In this document: one piece after another, positions 10,781 to 21,106 of the stretch
Numbering within the stretch: position 1 is the first letter of the stretch
Layout of the letters: each line of letters starts with the position of its first letter
Origin: an uncultured Eubacteriales bacterium
Lineage (GTDB): Bacteria; Bacillota; Clostridia; TANB77; CAG-508
Length of the DNA: 64,000 nt
Assembly: GCA_949289635.1 (NCBI GenBank)
Contig: CASEOS010000005.1
Location: 537-64,536 of the forward strand
Reading direction: 5' to 3'
The notes under the pieces: generated by a model
What the model was told of the DNA's origin: nothing
Seen by the model: only the letters and a program-made list of their open reading frames with translations
Databases searched by the model: none
Translations under genes and position numbers: made by a program

Positions 10781-10984
10781 ATGAGTGAGTTAGCAAAGGT
10801 AGAACGTACTACATTAACCATGAAAGAAACAGCAGAATATTTAGGAATTTCATATTGGCTAGTAAATCAATTAGTACGTAGAAAACAAATACCATGTGCA
10901 AGAGTTGGTGGTAGAGTATTATTTAGAGTACAAGCCTTAGATGAATACTTAAAAGAAAAAGAAGAAAATTCATTGAAAAAGTAA
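10781..10984 (+). CDS. xis: excisionase / MerR-type HTH DNA-binding protein
   Basis: LTMKETAEYLGISYWLVNQLVRRKQIPCARVGGRVLFRVQALDEYL matches excisionase-family HTH. Confidence 0.65.
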   Translation: MSELAKVERTTLTMKETAEYLGISYWLVNQLVRRKQIPCARVGGRVLFRVQALDEYLKEKEENSLKK

Positions 10985-10998
10985 GGAGGGCAAGAGGT

Positions 10999-11490
10999 AT
11001 GCAATGGATTAAAGTGTTTACAGATATATTTGCAAATCCTAAAATTCAATTATTATTTAAAGAACGTGATGGGGACACGTTCTTTAGAGTATGGATTCAA
11101 TTATTAACAATAGCAGGACAATGTATGCAAGATGGCAAGTTAATGATGTCCGAGAATAATCCAATGACGATACAAGATTTTGCAACAATCATAAACAAAA
11201 CAAACAACAAAATGGAAAATATACTGGACAAGTTAATCCATTTAGAGATGATTATATTTGAAGAAAACACATATATAATTAAAAATTGGTATAAGTACCA
11301 AAGTATTGATAAATATGAAAAAATGTTAAAACAAAGTAGAGAAAGACAAAAGAGGTTTAGAGATAAGAAAAAAGAAGAAAATAACGTTACAATAACGTTA
11401 CGTAACGCTACAGAAGAGAATAGAAAAGAAGTAGAAGAGAGTATAGAAGAAGGTGAGAATGGTAGTGGATTTAAAACAATTGATTTCTGA
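10999..11490 (+). CDS. phage-type replisome organizer (N-terminal domain)
   Basis: MQWIKVFTDIFANPKIQLL...WIQLLTIAGQ pattern characteristic of the phage replisome organiser N-domain. Confidence 0.6.
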   Translation: MQWIKVFTDIFANPKIQLLFKERDGDTFFRVWIQLLTIAGQCMQDGKLMMSENNPMTIQDFATIINKTNNKMENILDKLIHLEMIIFEENTYIIKNWYKYQSIDKYEKMLKQSRERQKRFRDKKKEENNVTITLRNATEENRKEVEESIEEGENGSGFKTIDF

Positions 11491-12295
11491 TATAGTTATT
11501 GATACAGATAACAAAATGCACAAACAGTGTAAATTTTGTGGAAAACATCTTCCAATAATAGATTATTCAGTATTATATGCTAACATTGTTTATAAAAATA
11601 TTGCAACTGCATATAGTAGATGTACTTGTGAAAAAGCAAAAGAAATTTGGAAAGCTTATGATGAATTAAAAGAAAATCAAGAGATTAAAGATTTTTATAT
11701 AAAACAAATTAATAAATTGTTTAAAAATAATAATTTAGGTAAAAGACAATTAAATAGTACATTTGAAAATTATAAAATAACAGATAAAAATAAAACAGTT
11801 TATGAAAATATAAAAAAATACACAACAAAATTAATAGAAGGAAATATCGATAAAGGTTTATTTATAACAGGAACTTATGGAGTTGGAAAAACCTTTATTG
11901 CATCATGTATTGCAAATGAGCTTATAAAAAATGATATTCCAGTTATATTTGGCACTTTAATACAATTATTAGATTGTATTAAAAATACCTATAAAGATGA
12001 TGAAATATCTGATAAAGAATACATTTACTTATATTCGAATGTTGATTTACTAATAATTGATGATTTAGGTAAAGAAAAAACAACAGAATGGGTATTAGAA
12101 AAATTATTTTTAATAGTAAATAATAGATATAATAATTATTTACCTATTGTAATAACAACTAATTATAATAGAAATCAATTGAGAGAAAGACTTTGTGTAA
12201 ATAAAAATTATAGTATTGTTGATTCAATAATTTCAAGATTATATGGAATGTGTGCTGGAATTGAATTAATTGATAAAGATTATAGAATGAATTAA
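11453..12295 (+). CDS. DnaC/IstB-like AAA+ helicase loader
   Basis: Walker A GTYGVGKTF, Walker B LLIIDDLG; follows replisome organizer. Confidence 0.7.
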   Translation: MRMVVDLKQLISDIVIDTDNKMHKQCKFCGKHLPIIDYSVLYANIVYKNIATAYSRCTCEKAKEIWKAYDELKENQEIKDFYIKQINKLFKNNNLGKRQLNSTFENYKITDKNKTVYENIKKYTTKLIEGNIDKGLFITGTYGVGKTFIASCIANELIKNDIPVIFGTLIQLLDCIKNTYKDDEISDKEYIYLYSNVDLLIIDDLGKEKTTEWVLEKLFLIVNNRYNNYLPIVITTNYNRNQLRERLCVNKNYSIVDSIISRLYGMCAGIELIDKDYRMN

Positions 12296-12583
12296 TAATA
12301 TAAAACTGGCATTAAATAAAAAATGCTAGTTTTATTAATATTATAAAGTTAACTATTGTAGGTAAAATTCCCAACATTGGGAAATTCTCTAAAAGTACTG
12401 GTGTACAAACGTTACAGGGTAATTTGAATTGATAATGAATTTGAAGCAATTATAGACCATATTATATACAAAATACAATAAGAGCTTTAAGCAAGATTCC
12501 AATTTGTATATACAAATTGATTAGTGACAGTGTCACATAAGTTGGGAAGTTCCCAAACCCTTTTATAGAATGGAGATGATAAA

Positions 12584-12877
12584 TTGAGTAAAGATAAAGT
12601 AATAACAATTAGAGTTAGTGAACAACAGAAAAACAGATTGATAAAGAAAAGTAAAACAGCAGGCTTAAGTTTATCAGAATATTTAATTAATCAAGGATTA
12701 GATAAACAGATAATTAAGATCGAAGGATTAAATGAATTTATTACTGAACTTAGGAGAATAGGAAATAATATTAATCAATTAACGTATTTAGCAAATAGTG
12801 GAAGAATTTATACTGTTGATTTTTGTGAATTAAAACAAGAGTTAGGTAAGATATGGAGTGCAATTAATAATTTGTAG
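12584..12877 (+). CDS. mobC: MobC-family mobilization (relaxosome accessory) protein
   Basis: 97 aa; RHH-like N-term and ELRRIGNNINQLTYLANSG motif typical of MobC; no relaxase gene follows. Confidence 0.6.
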   Translation: MSKDKVITIRVSEQQKNRLIKKSKTAGLSLSEYLINQGLDKQIIKIEGLNEFITELRRIGNNINQLTYLANSGRIYTVDFCELKQELGKIWSAINNL

Positions 12878-12993
12878 TATAAATGGTGGTAAAAGTTCAA
12901 AATAAAAAAATACAAAATAAGCTAAAATTATGGAAAAATTTGAAACTTTATGATATAAAATATACTAGAAAAATAGATGAAGAGGTAATGAAA

Positions 12994-14448
12994 ATGGATG
13001 GTGCAATAAAAAGTATAATAGATAGAATGTGGAATAACTTTTGGGAAGGTGGAGTAACAAATCCACTAACAGTAATAGAACAAATAACATACCTTTTATT
13101 TATAAAAGGATTAGATGATATAGAAATAGCACATGAAAAAAATGATGTTATGTTAGGAATAACAAGTAAAAGAATATTTGATAAAGAACATCAAAATTGT
13201 AGATGGAGTAAATTTAAAGATTATCCTGCAGAAAAAATATTTAAGATAATGCAAGAAGAAGTATTTCCTTTTATTAAAAATTTGGGAAAAGACAAAGAAT
13301 CTGCTTATGCAAAATATATGGAAGATGCAATATTTATAATACCAACACCAATTATGTTACAAAAAGTTGTAACTGCAATGGACAAGCTAGAAATGAAAGA
13401 TAAAGACACTAAAGGTGATGTATATGAATATTTGTTATCTAAATTAAGCCAAGCTGGTGTAAATGGGCAATTTAGAACACCAAGACACATTATAAAAATG
13501 ATGGTGGAACTAATGAAACCAACACCAGAAGATATAATAGTAGACCCAGCATGTGGTACAGCAGGATTTTTAGTTGCAGCAGGAGAATATTTAAGAGAAA
13601 ATAAAGGAGATTTATTTTTATCAGAAAATCTAAATGAACATTTTAATAATACAATGTTTTATGGATTTGATATGGATAGAACAATGCTAAGAATTGGAGC
13701 AATGAATTTAATGCAACATGGTATAGAAAATCCTAATATTACATATAAAGATTCACTATCAGAAGATAATGAAGACAATGGGAAATATACATTAGTTTTA
13801 GCGAACCCACCATTTAAAGGTTCGATTGATGCAGAAAGAACATCAAAAGATTTATTAGCAATTACTAAAACTAAAAAAACAGAATTATTATTCTTAACAC
13901 TATTTTTAAGAATATTAAAAATTGGAGGAAGATGTGCTTCAATAGTACCAGATGGTGTATTATTTGGAAGTTCAAATGCTCATAAAGCAATTAGAAAAGA
14001 AATAATAGAAAATCATAAATTAGAAGCAATAATATCAATGCCAAGTGGGGTATTCAAACCTTATGCAGGAGTATCAACAGCAATTATGATATTTACAAAA
14101 ACAACACAAGGTGGAACAGATAAAGTTTGGTTTTATGATATGACAGCAGATGGATTTAGTTTAGATGATCAAAGACAACCTGTAAAAGAAAATGATATTC
14201 CAGATATTATAAAAAGATTTAACAATAGAGAATCAGAAGAAGAACAAAACAGAAAAAGAACAGAAAAATCATTCTTTGTAACAAAAAAGGAAATAGTAGA
14301 AAATGATTATGATTTATCGATTAATAAATATAAAGAAATAGTTATAGAAAAGAAAGAATATGAAAAGCCAGATGTTATTTTAAAAAGAGTAATTGATATG
14401 GAAGATGAAATCCAACAGAAATTGAAAGAGTTGGAGGAAATGATATGA
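12994..14448 (+). CDS. hsdM: type I restriction-modification methyltransferase subunit HsdM
   Basis: Motif I DPACGTAGFL, motif IV NPPF (LANPPFKGS); start chosen at ATG 12994 (RBS GAGG 8 nt upstream; longer ORF from 12883 possible). Confidence 0.85.
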   Translation: MDGAIKSIIDRMWNNFWEGGVTNPLTVIEQITYLLFIKGLDDIEIAHEKNDVMLGITSKRIFDKEHQNCRWSKFKDYPAEKIFKIMQEEVFPFIKNLGKDKESAYAKYMEDAIFIIPTPIMLQKVVTAMDKLEMKDKDTKGDVYEYLLSKLSQAGVNGQFRTPRHIIKMMVELMKPTPEDIIVDPACGTAGFLVAAGEYLRENKGDLFLSENLNEHFNNTMFYGFDMDRTMLRIGAMNLMQHGIENPNITYKDSLSEDNEDNGKYTLVLANPPFKGSIDAERTSKDLLAITKTKKTELLFLTLFLRILKIGGRCASIVPDGVLFGSSNAHKAIRKEIIENHKLEAIISMPSGVFKPYAGVSTAIMIFTKTTQGGTDKVWFYDMTADGFSLDDQRQPVKENDIPDIIKRFNNRESEEEQNRKRTEKSFFVTKKEIVENDYDLSINKYKEIVIEKKEYEKPDVILKRVIDMEDEIQQKLKELEEMI

Positions 14449-15500
14449 TGGAGAAAGTAAGATTAGGAGAATGTGCAACATTTATAAATGGCTATGCATT
14501 TAAACCAATAGATTGGTCAAGAAATGGAATACCTATAATTAGAATCCAAAATTTAACAGGTAGTATGAAGCAATTAAATTATTATAACGGAAAATTAGAT
14601 TCAAAATATATAATTAATAATGGTGATATATTAATTTCTTGGTCTGCTAGTTTGGGTATATTTGAATGGAAAAAAGAAAAGGCATATTTAAATCAACATA
14701 TATTTAAAGTTGAATTTAATAAAAAAAATATAAATAAAAAATATTTTGTATATTTAATAAAGTCAAAAATTAATGAGATGAAAAAGAACACACACGGATC
14801 TACTATGAAACATATAACTAAATCTGACTTTGATAAGATAGAGATATTTTTACCTAATATACAAGAACAGGAAAAAATTTCAAATATATTAGATAAAGTT
14901 CAACAAATAATAGATTTAAGAAAAAGACAAATAGAGGAATTAGATGAATTTATTAAATCTCTATTTATAGAGATGTTTGAAAATAATGATTGTGAAACTA
15001 AAAAATGGCAAGACGTATTTAATACAACAACTGGAAAATTAGACTCAAATGCAATGATAGAAGGTGGAATTTATCCATTTTTTACCTGCGCAAAAGAATC
15101 ATTTAGAATTAATGAGTATGCATTTGATTGTGAAGCGCTTTTATTAGCAGGAAATAATGCAGCAGGAGTTTATGATGTAAAACATTATAAAGGTAAATTT
15201 AATGCATATCAAAGAACCTATGTATTGACTTTAAAGAACGAAAAATGGAAATATGAATTATTTAAATTAGAATTGGAAGAAAAGTTGGATTTTTTAAAAA
15301 GTCAATCGAAAGGTTCAAATACTAGATATTTAACAATGAAGATATTAAATGATTTAACTTTTAAAGTTCCGGATTTAAATTTACAGAATAAATTTGCAGA
15401 ACTTGTAAAGCAAATTAATAAACAGAAATTTATACTAGAAAAAACTTTAAAAGAAACAGAAGAACTACAAGAAAGTTTAATGAATAAATATTTTAATTAG
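14445..15500 (+). CDS. hsdS: type I RM specificity subunit HsdS
   Basis: Overlaps hsdM stop (ATGA coupling); 351 aa with TRD plus conserved coiled-coil-like segments. Confidence 0.75.
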   Translation: MMEKVRLGECATFINGYAFKPIDWSRNGIPIIRIQNLTGSMKQLNYYNGKLDSKYIINNGDILISWSASLGIFEWKKEKAYLNQHIFKVEFNKKNINKKYFVYLIKSKINEMKKNTHGSTMKHITKSDFDKIEIFLPNIQEQEKISNILDKVQQIIDLRKRQIEELDEFIKSLFIEMFENNDCETKKWQDVFNTTTGKLDSNAMIEGGIYPFFTCAKESFRINEYAFDCEALLLAGNNAAGVYDVKHYKGKFNAYQRTYVLTLKNEKWKYELFKLELEEKLDFLKSQSKGSNTRYLTMKILNDLTFKVPDLNLQNKFAELVKQINKQKFILEKTLKETEELQESLMNKYFN

Positions 15501-15508
15501 GAGTAAAA

Positions 15509-16765
15509 ATGATTCAGATTATAACAGAAAACAATTATTTAAGAGAACAAACTAAAAATAATAGTGAATTTAAAGTAAATGGTTTCAAGAATATTGAAGC
15601 TATGGACGAATATGATATTAATATTATTGACTTAAATTCTCAAAATTTATGGTACAATAAGGGAGTAAATCAAGATAGTATTAATGAAATAAATGATTTA
15701 AAACATTTAAAAAATACTATAGAAAATTCTCTAAATTCAAAAATAGTAATAATATTGCCACAAAATTTAAATTATTATTGGAACAAATTTAATAATAAAT
15801 ATATTAATGAAGAACAATTAAAAAATGAAACGAAACTTATAGAAAAGATAATAAATGAAAATATATATTGCTTTCCATTTGACTTATATTATGAAAAAAC
15901 TATAACTAAAATAGGAGACAAAAAAATAAGCTCAGATTTTTGCTTTAGCAAAAAACAAATAGATACTAAATGGACTATATGCAATGTCACAAAAATTTTA
16001 AGTTCAACAAAATCTGATAAGATAAATACTATAAAAGTTAATGATAAAGTTTACATGACTTCATTAAATATAAATGAAAATATTGACTTAATAATTGAAT
16101 TCATGAAACATATAAAAATATATAATGAAAATGAGGAAATTGTGCCTATATGGATTAAGGATATTAATATACTAAATGATATTGAAATTAAGAAACAATT
16201 GAACCAAATAGACGAAGAGATATTGCAATTAGAACAAAATAAAATGCACATAAAAGAGGCAATAAATGAAAATAACAAAATTAAAAGTATATTATATGAG
16301 ACAGATAAAAAGTTACAAAATAAAGTTATAGAAATATTAAATGAAATATTAGATTATTCTGATGAAAATTTTGTGGATGAAATGGAAGAAGATTTTAGAA
16401 TAAAAAAAGAAAATATAACGTTTTTAATTGAAACAAAAGGTTTAAAAAGAAATATTGCTGGAACAGATATTAGTAAGACTTTGAATCATGTATTTGCTTA
16501 TGAAGAAACTATTCAAGATGAAAATAAACAAGAAAATGTAAAAGGTGTTTTTATAGTAGCAACACAAAGAGATAAAAATATATCAGAAAGAGAAGAAACT
16601 CCAGACAGGCAAATTAAAATTGCAGAAAGAAATAATATACTAATTATTAGAACAGAACAGTTATTAGAAATATTTGAAGATTTTCGAAATAAAAAAATAA
16701 ATACAGAAGATATAATTAAGTTACTGACTGAACAAAATGGTGAGTTAAAATATAATAAGGAGTAA
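15509..16765 (+). CDS. uncharacterised 418-aa protein embedded between hsdS and hsdR (possible PD-(D/E)xK-like C-terminal nuclease)
   Basis: Same strand, 8-nt and 3-nt gaps to hsdS and hsdR; central coiled coil; C-terminal D...FLIETKG (D-E-x-K-like); no Walker A. Confidence 0.5.
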   Translation: MIQIITENNYLREQTKNNSEFKVNGFKNIEAMDEYDINIIDLNSQNLWYNKGVNQDSINEINDLKHLKNTIENSLNSKIVIILPQNLNYYWNKFNNKYINEEQLKNETKLIEKIINENIYCFPFDLYYEKTITKIGDKKISSDFCFSKKQIDTKWTICNVTKILSSTKSDKINTIKVNDKVYMTSLNINENIDLIIEFMKHIKIYNENEEIVPIWIKDINILNDIEIKKQLNQIDEEILQLEQNKMHIKEAINENNKIKSILYETDKKLQNKVIEILNEILDYSDENFVDEMEEDFRIKKENITFLIETKGLKRNIAGTDISKTLNHVFAYEETIQDENKQENVKGVFIVATQRDKNISEREETPDRQIKIAERNNILIIRTEQLLEIFEDFRNKKINTEDIIKLLTEQNGELKYNKE

Positions 16766-16768
16766 AAT

Positions 16769-19700
16769 ATGTCAAATTTTGATTTTTTAAAACAAAGTAA
16801 AATATTTAATAATTTTTCAGAAGCATGTTGTGAAGCAGAAAATGGAATAGGATTAAACACAGTAACATGTAGCATATTAAGTAGAAGAGCACTAGAATTA
16901 GCAGTAAAATGGCTATATGCCAATGATAATGATTTAAGAATTCCATACAATGATAATTTATCAGCATTAGTTCATGATATAACATTTAAGAATATAATAG
17001 ATGAAAAATTGTTAAAGCAAATTGAATATGTTATAAAATTAGGAAATTTTGCAGTACATAATAATAATAAAATATCAAGAGAAGAGGCAATTCTTTCTTT
17101 AAGATATTTATATAATTTTACTTGTTGGATAGCATATTGTTATTCTGACAGTTTTGAAGAAAAAGAATTTGATGAAAATATTTTACCTAAACAAACTGTA
17201 AATGTATTAGCAGTAAAAGAAAGAGAAACTTTATATCAAGAATTAGAAGCAAAAGACAAAAAGATAGAAGAAACAAAAAAAGAAAATGAAGAATTAAGAA
17301 AAAAACTAACTCAAACAAGAGAAAATAAAAAGAAAAATTATGCATTTAATGTTAAAGATATATCTGAATACGAAACAAGAAAGAAATATATTGATTTGGA
17401 ATTAAAGTTAGCAGGATGGGATTTTGAAACTAATATACAAGAAGAATTAAAATTACAAGGTATGCCTAATAATCAAAATGTAGGATATGCAGATTATGTA
17501 TTATTTGGCAAAAATGGTTTGCCTCTTGCAGTTGTTGAAGCAAAGAGAACAAGTGTAGATCCAAAAGTTGGACAAAATCAAGCCAAATTATATGCAGATT
17601 GTATTGAGCAAGAATATCATCAAAGACCAGTTATATATTACACAAATGGATTTGAAATATATATGTGGGATGATGAAAATTATCCACCAAGAAAAGTAGC
17701 AGGATTTTACACACAAGATGAATTACAGTTATTAATAAATAGAAGAAGTAGTAAACAAAGTTTAGAGCATATATTTGTAGATGACAAAATAACAAATAGA
17801 GAATATCAGTTAGAAGCAATAAAAAGTGTTTGTGAAACTTTTGAAGAAGGACATAGAAAAGCATTATTAGTAATGGCAACAGGTACAGGAAAAACAAGAA
17901 CAGCTATATCAATAGTTGATGTACTATCTGATAAAGAATGGGTTAAAAATGTATTATTTTTAGCTGATAGAACAGTTTTAGTAAAACAAGCAAAAAATAA
18001 TTTTGTAAAGTTATTGCCTAATATGTCTTGCTGTAATTTATTGAGTACAGTAGATAATCCAGAAGATTCAAGAATTGTATTTTCAACATACCAAACTATG
18101 ATTAATGCAATAGATAGTACAAAAAGTAAAACAGGAAACAAATTATTTACACCAGGACATTTTGATTTAATTATTGTAGATGAAGCTCACAGAAGTATAT
18201 ATAAAAAATATCAAGCTATATTTGAATATTTTGATGGCTTAGTAGTAGGATTAACAGCTACTCCAAGAAATGATGTAGACAGAAATACATATAGATTTTT
18301 TGAAATAGAAAATGATGTACCTACATTTGCATATGAATATGAAAGAGCAGTAAAAGAAGGATATTTAGTAGATTATCATACTATAAAAACAAGTACAGAT
18401 TTTATGGATAGAGGAATTAAATATAATGAATTAAGTGCAGAAGAAAAAGAAGAATATGAAAATACCTTTGCAGATGATGAAGATAATATTCCAGAAGAAA
18501 TAGATGCTGCAGCTATTAATAGTTGGTTATTTAATAGGGATACCATAAAAAAATTGTTGGAACTTTTAATGGAAAAAGGATTAAAAGTAGAAGGAGGAGA
18601 TAAATTAGGAAAAACTATTATATTTGCAAGAAATCACAAACATGCAGAAAGAATAGTAGAAATATTTAATGAATTATATCCAGAGTATAGAGGTGAATTT
18701 GCAAAATTAATAGATAATCAAGTTAAGTATAACGAAAACTTAATAGAACATTTTAGTATAAAAGATGACTTTCCTCAAATTGCAGTATCTGTTGATATGT
18801 TAGATACAGGCGTTGATGTGCCAGAAATATTAAATTTAGTATTTTTTAAACCAGTAAAATCAAAAATAAAATTCTGGCAAATGATAGGTAGAGGAACAAG
18901 ACTTTGTAAAGATTTATTTGGAGTAGGGCAAGATAAAAAAGAATTTTACATATTTGACTATTGTAAGAATTTCGAATTCTTCTCTGAGAATCCAAAAGGT
19001 ATAGAAGCAAACACACAAATAAGTTTGACAGAAAGAATATATGGATATAAGTTAGATTTAATTGTAGAATTACAAAATATAAAATACCAAAGTGATGAGA
19101 AATTTAAAAATTATAGAGAAGAATTGATAGATGAATTTATTGAAGAAATAAATAAACTAAATAAAGAAAGTTTTTTAGTAAAAGCAAAAGTACATTATAT
19201 AGAACAATTTTCTAAGAAAGATAATTGGGTATATATCTCTACAATAGATTTAGCTGATATAAAAGAAAATCTAATTCCATTGTTTATAGCATCAGATGAG
19301 AATGAATCAGCTAAAAGATTTGACAATTTATTGTATCAATTACAAGTAAAAAGAATTAGAACAGAAAAAACTGGTAGATGTGAGAATGCAATAATAGATA
19401 CAGTATCTGAATTAGAAAAACTAGGAACAGTACCACAAGTAAAAGAAAAACAAGAATTGATTTTAAAAGTAGCAGAAACAGATTACTTGAAAGAAGCAGA
19501 TTTTTGGAAAGTAGAAGAAATTAGAAAAGAATTAAGAGATTTAATACAATTTATAGATCCATATAATAGACCGCCTGTATATATTGATATGGAAGATACT
19601 TTAAATGATATTGATGAAGAATATGTATATGTAAGTACAGGAAATAACTTCACAAATTATAGAAAAAAACTAGAAAAATTCTTAACAGGTAATTTAGAAA

Positions 19701-20116
19701 ACAGTATTATATGGAAAATAAGGCATAATATAAGATTAACAGAATTAGAAAAAGAAAATTTAGAAAAAATATTATTTGAAGAATTAGGAAGTAACAAAGA
19801 ATATGCAGAAACATTTGGAGATACAAATGTAATAAAAGCAGTAAGAAATATAGTTGGACTTGATAAAAGCGTTGCAAGTGATATTTTTTACAAATACATA
19901 AATGAAAATAGATTGAACATGAAACAAATACAATTTGTAAAATTACTAGTTGATTATGTTGTGAAAAATGGAACTATAGAAATGGAAAAATTAACAGAAC
20001 AACCTTTTAACACTGTTGGACAAGTATATGAGCTTTTTGGAAATAATGTGGATTTATTTAAAGAGATTCGAGAGGATATTGAAGAAATAAATGAGAATGC
20101 TGAGAAATTGGCATAA
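16769..20116 (+). CDS. hsdR: type I restriction endonuclease subunit HsdR
   Basis: 1115 aa; helicase motif I MATGTGKT, motif II IIVDEAHRS (DEAH). Confidence 0.9.
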   Translation: MSNFDFLKQSKIFNNFSEACCEAENGIGLNTVTCSILSRRALELAVKWLYANDNDLRIPYNDNLSALVHDITFKNIIDEKLLKQIEYVIKLGNFAVHNNNKISREEAILSLRYLYNFTCWIAYCYSDSFEEKEFDENILPKQTVNVLAVKERETLYQELEAKDKKIEETKKENEELRKKLTQTRENKKKNYAFNVKDISEYETRKKYIDLELKLAGWDFETNIQEELKLQGMPNNQNVGYADYVLFGKNGLPLAVVEAKRTSVDPKVGQNQAKLYADCIEQEYHQRPVIYYTNGFEIYMWDDENYPPRKVAGFYTQDELQLLINRRSSKQSLEHIFVDDKITNREYQLEAIKSVCETFEEGHRKALLVMATGTGKTRTAISIVDVLSDKEWVKNVLFLADRTVLVKQAKNNFVKLLPNMSCCNLLSTVDNPEDSRIVFSTYQTMINAIDSTKSKTGNKLFTPGHFDLIIVDEAHRSIYKKYQAIFEYFDGLVVGLTATPRNDVDRNTYRFFEIENDVPTFAYEYERAVKEGYLVDYHTIKTSTDFMDRGIKYNELSAEEKEEYENTFADDEDNIPEEIDAAAINSWLFNRDTIKKLLELLMEKGLKVEGGDKLGKTIIFARNHKHAERIVEIFNELYPEYRGEFAKLIDNQVKYNENLIEHFSIKDDFPQIAVSVDMLDTGVDVPEILNLVFFKPVKSKIKFWQMIGRGTRLCKDLFGVGQDKKEFYIFDYCKNFEFFSENPKGIEANTQISLTERIYGYKLDLIVELQNIKYQSDEKFKNYREELIDEFIEEINKLNKESFLVKAKVHYIEQFSKKDNWVYISTIDLADIKENLIPLFIASDENESAKRFDNLLYQLQVKRIRTEKTGRCENAIIDTVSELEKLGTVPQVKEKQELILKVAETDYLKEADFWKVEEIRKELRDLIQFIDPYNRPPVYIDMEDTLNDIDEEYVYVSTGNNFTNYRKKLEKFLTGNLENSIIWKIRHNIRLTELEKENLEKILFEELGSNKEYAETFGDTNVIKAVRNIVGLDKSVASDIFYKYINENRLNMKQIQFVKLLVDYVVKNGTIEMEKLTEQPFNTVGQVYELFGNNVDLFKEIREDIEEINENAEKLA

Positions 20117-20134
20117 ATAAGAGGAGGAATATAA

Positions 20135-20833
20135 ATGGCAAGAGGAGTAATTTATTGTATGACGACTATAGTGGATGGACTTGTAAAAATAGGAAAGACA
20201 AGGAAAGAAAATTTCGAACAACGTATGTATAATTTGGAGCATAATGGTTATGTTCAAATTGTAGGATTAAAAAGAAGATTTGCTATAGAAGTAGAAGATT
20301 ATGATGAAAAAGAAACGCTTATACAAGAGATTTTTAGAAAAAGCAATATAGAAAATACAGAATTATTTGCTGTAAATGTAGATTTAGTTGTTCAATTACT
20401 TTCATCACTAGAGGGAACACAAATTTTTCCAAAGTCAATAAGCAAAGAAGAATCTTTTAATACAGCGACAGATGAGATTCAAGAAAACATACATAATCCT
20501 AATAAATTTTTAGTTCCTGATGGAGAATATTATATTTCTCAAAAAAGTAATGGGAATCAAACTGCAAAAGCAACTATGAAAGTTGATAATGGTAAATTCA
20601 TTGTATTAAAAGGTAGTAGATGTCTTCCTTGTGATAAAGATTGGATGCCAGAAACAAGAAGAACGGCAATAATAGAAAATGGAATATTGATGAAAGATGT
20701 TGAATGTAATTCTCCTAGTACAGCAGGTTGGGTTGTTCTTGGAAGTGCTAATAATGGATGGTTAACCTGGAAAACTAAAGATGGTAAATCAATCAATGTA
20801 TTCAGAAATAACAAGATAACAAGTAATGAATAA
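20135..20833 (+). CDS. T5orf172 (GIY-YIG-like) / DUF4357 domain protein
   Basis: N-terminal GVIYCMTT...GLVKIGKT...R..NL pattern of T5orf172/MUG113 domain; frequently found next to type I RM loci. Confidence 0.55.
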   Translation: MARGVIYCMTTIVDGLVKIGKTRKENFEQRMYNLEHNGYVQIVGLKRRFAIEVEDYDEKETLIQEIFRKSNIENTELFAVNVDLVVQLLSSLEGTQIFPKSISKEESFNTATDEIQENIHNPNKFLVPDGEYYISQKSNGNQTAKATMKVDNGKFIVLKGSRCLPCDKDWMPETRRTAIIENGILMKDVECNSPSTAGWVVLGSANNGWLTWKTKDGKSINVFRNNKITSNE

Positions 20834-21026
20834 ATTTAGCGTGAAGAAGGATAAAATTATGAAAATTAAATGTTTAGTTTGTGGAGATATTATAGAATCA
20901 AAAAGTGTACACGATCTAGTATGTTGTAAATGTGAATCATGCTATATTGATGGTGGAAATTACTATGCACATATAGGTGCAAAAGATTTTGATAAAGTTG
21001 TTGAAGTTAAATTAGATTTAAAATAA
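20826..21026 (+). CDS. small zinc-ribbon protein
   Basis: 66 aa, CxxC...CCKCESC Cys pairs; start overlaps upstream stop. Confidence 0.4.
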   Translation: MNKFSVKKDKIMKIKCLVCGDIIESKSVHDLVCCKCESCYIDGGNYYAHIGAKDFDKVVEVKLDLK

Positions 21027-21106
21027 ACTAAAGAAAGCAAAATAATTAATATACAAATAGTTGTTTAATTATTTTGCTTTTTTATGTCTAAGTGAGGAGT
21101 AATTAA

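Noticed and set aside
12883-12993. Longer hsdM start at 12883
   Set aside because: N-terminal 37 aa are Lys-rich with no RBS; ATG 12994 has a GAGG RBS at proper spacing and matches typical HsdM N-termini
15509-16765. PrrC/RloC anticodon nuclease (given its position between hsdS and hsdR)
   Set aside because: No Walker A/ABC ATPase motifs anywhere in the protein; only the positional analogy holds
16513-16950. Minus-strand 145-aa ORF spanning the gene-X/hsdR junction
   Set aside because: Antisense to two tightly coupled plus-strand genes; no RBS
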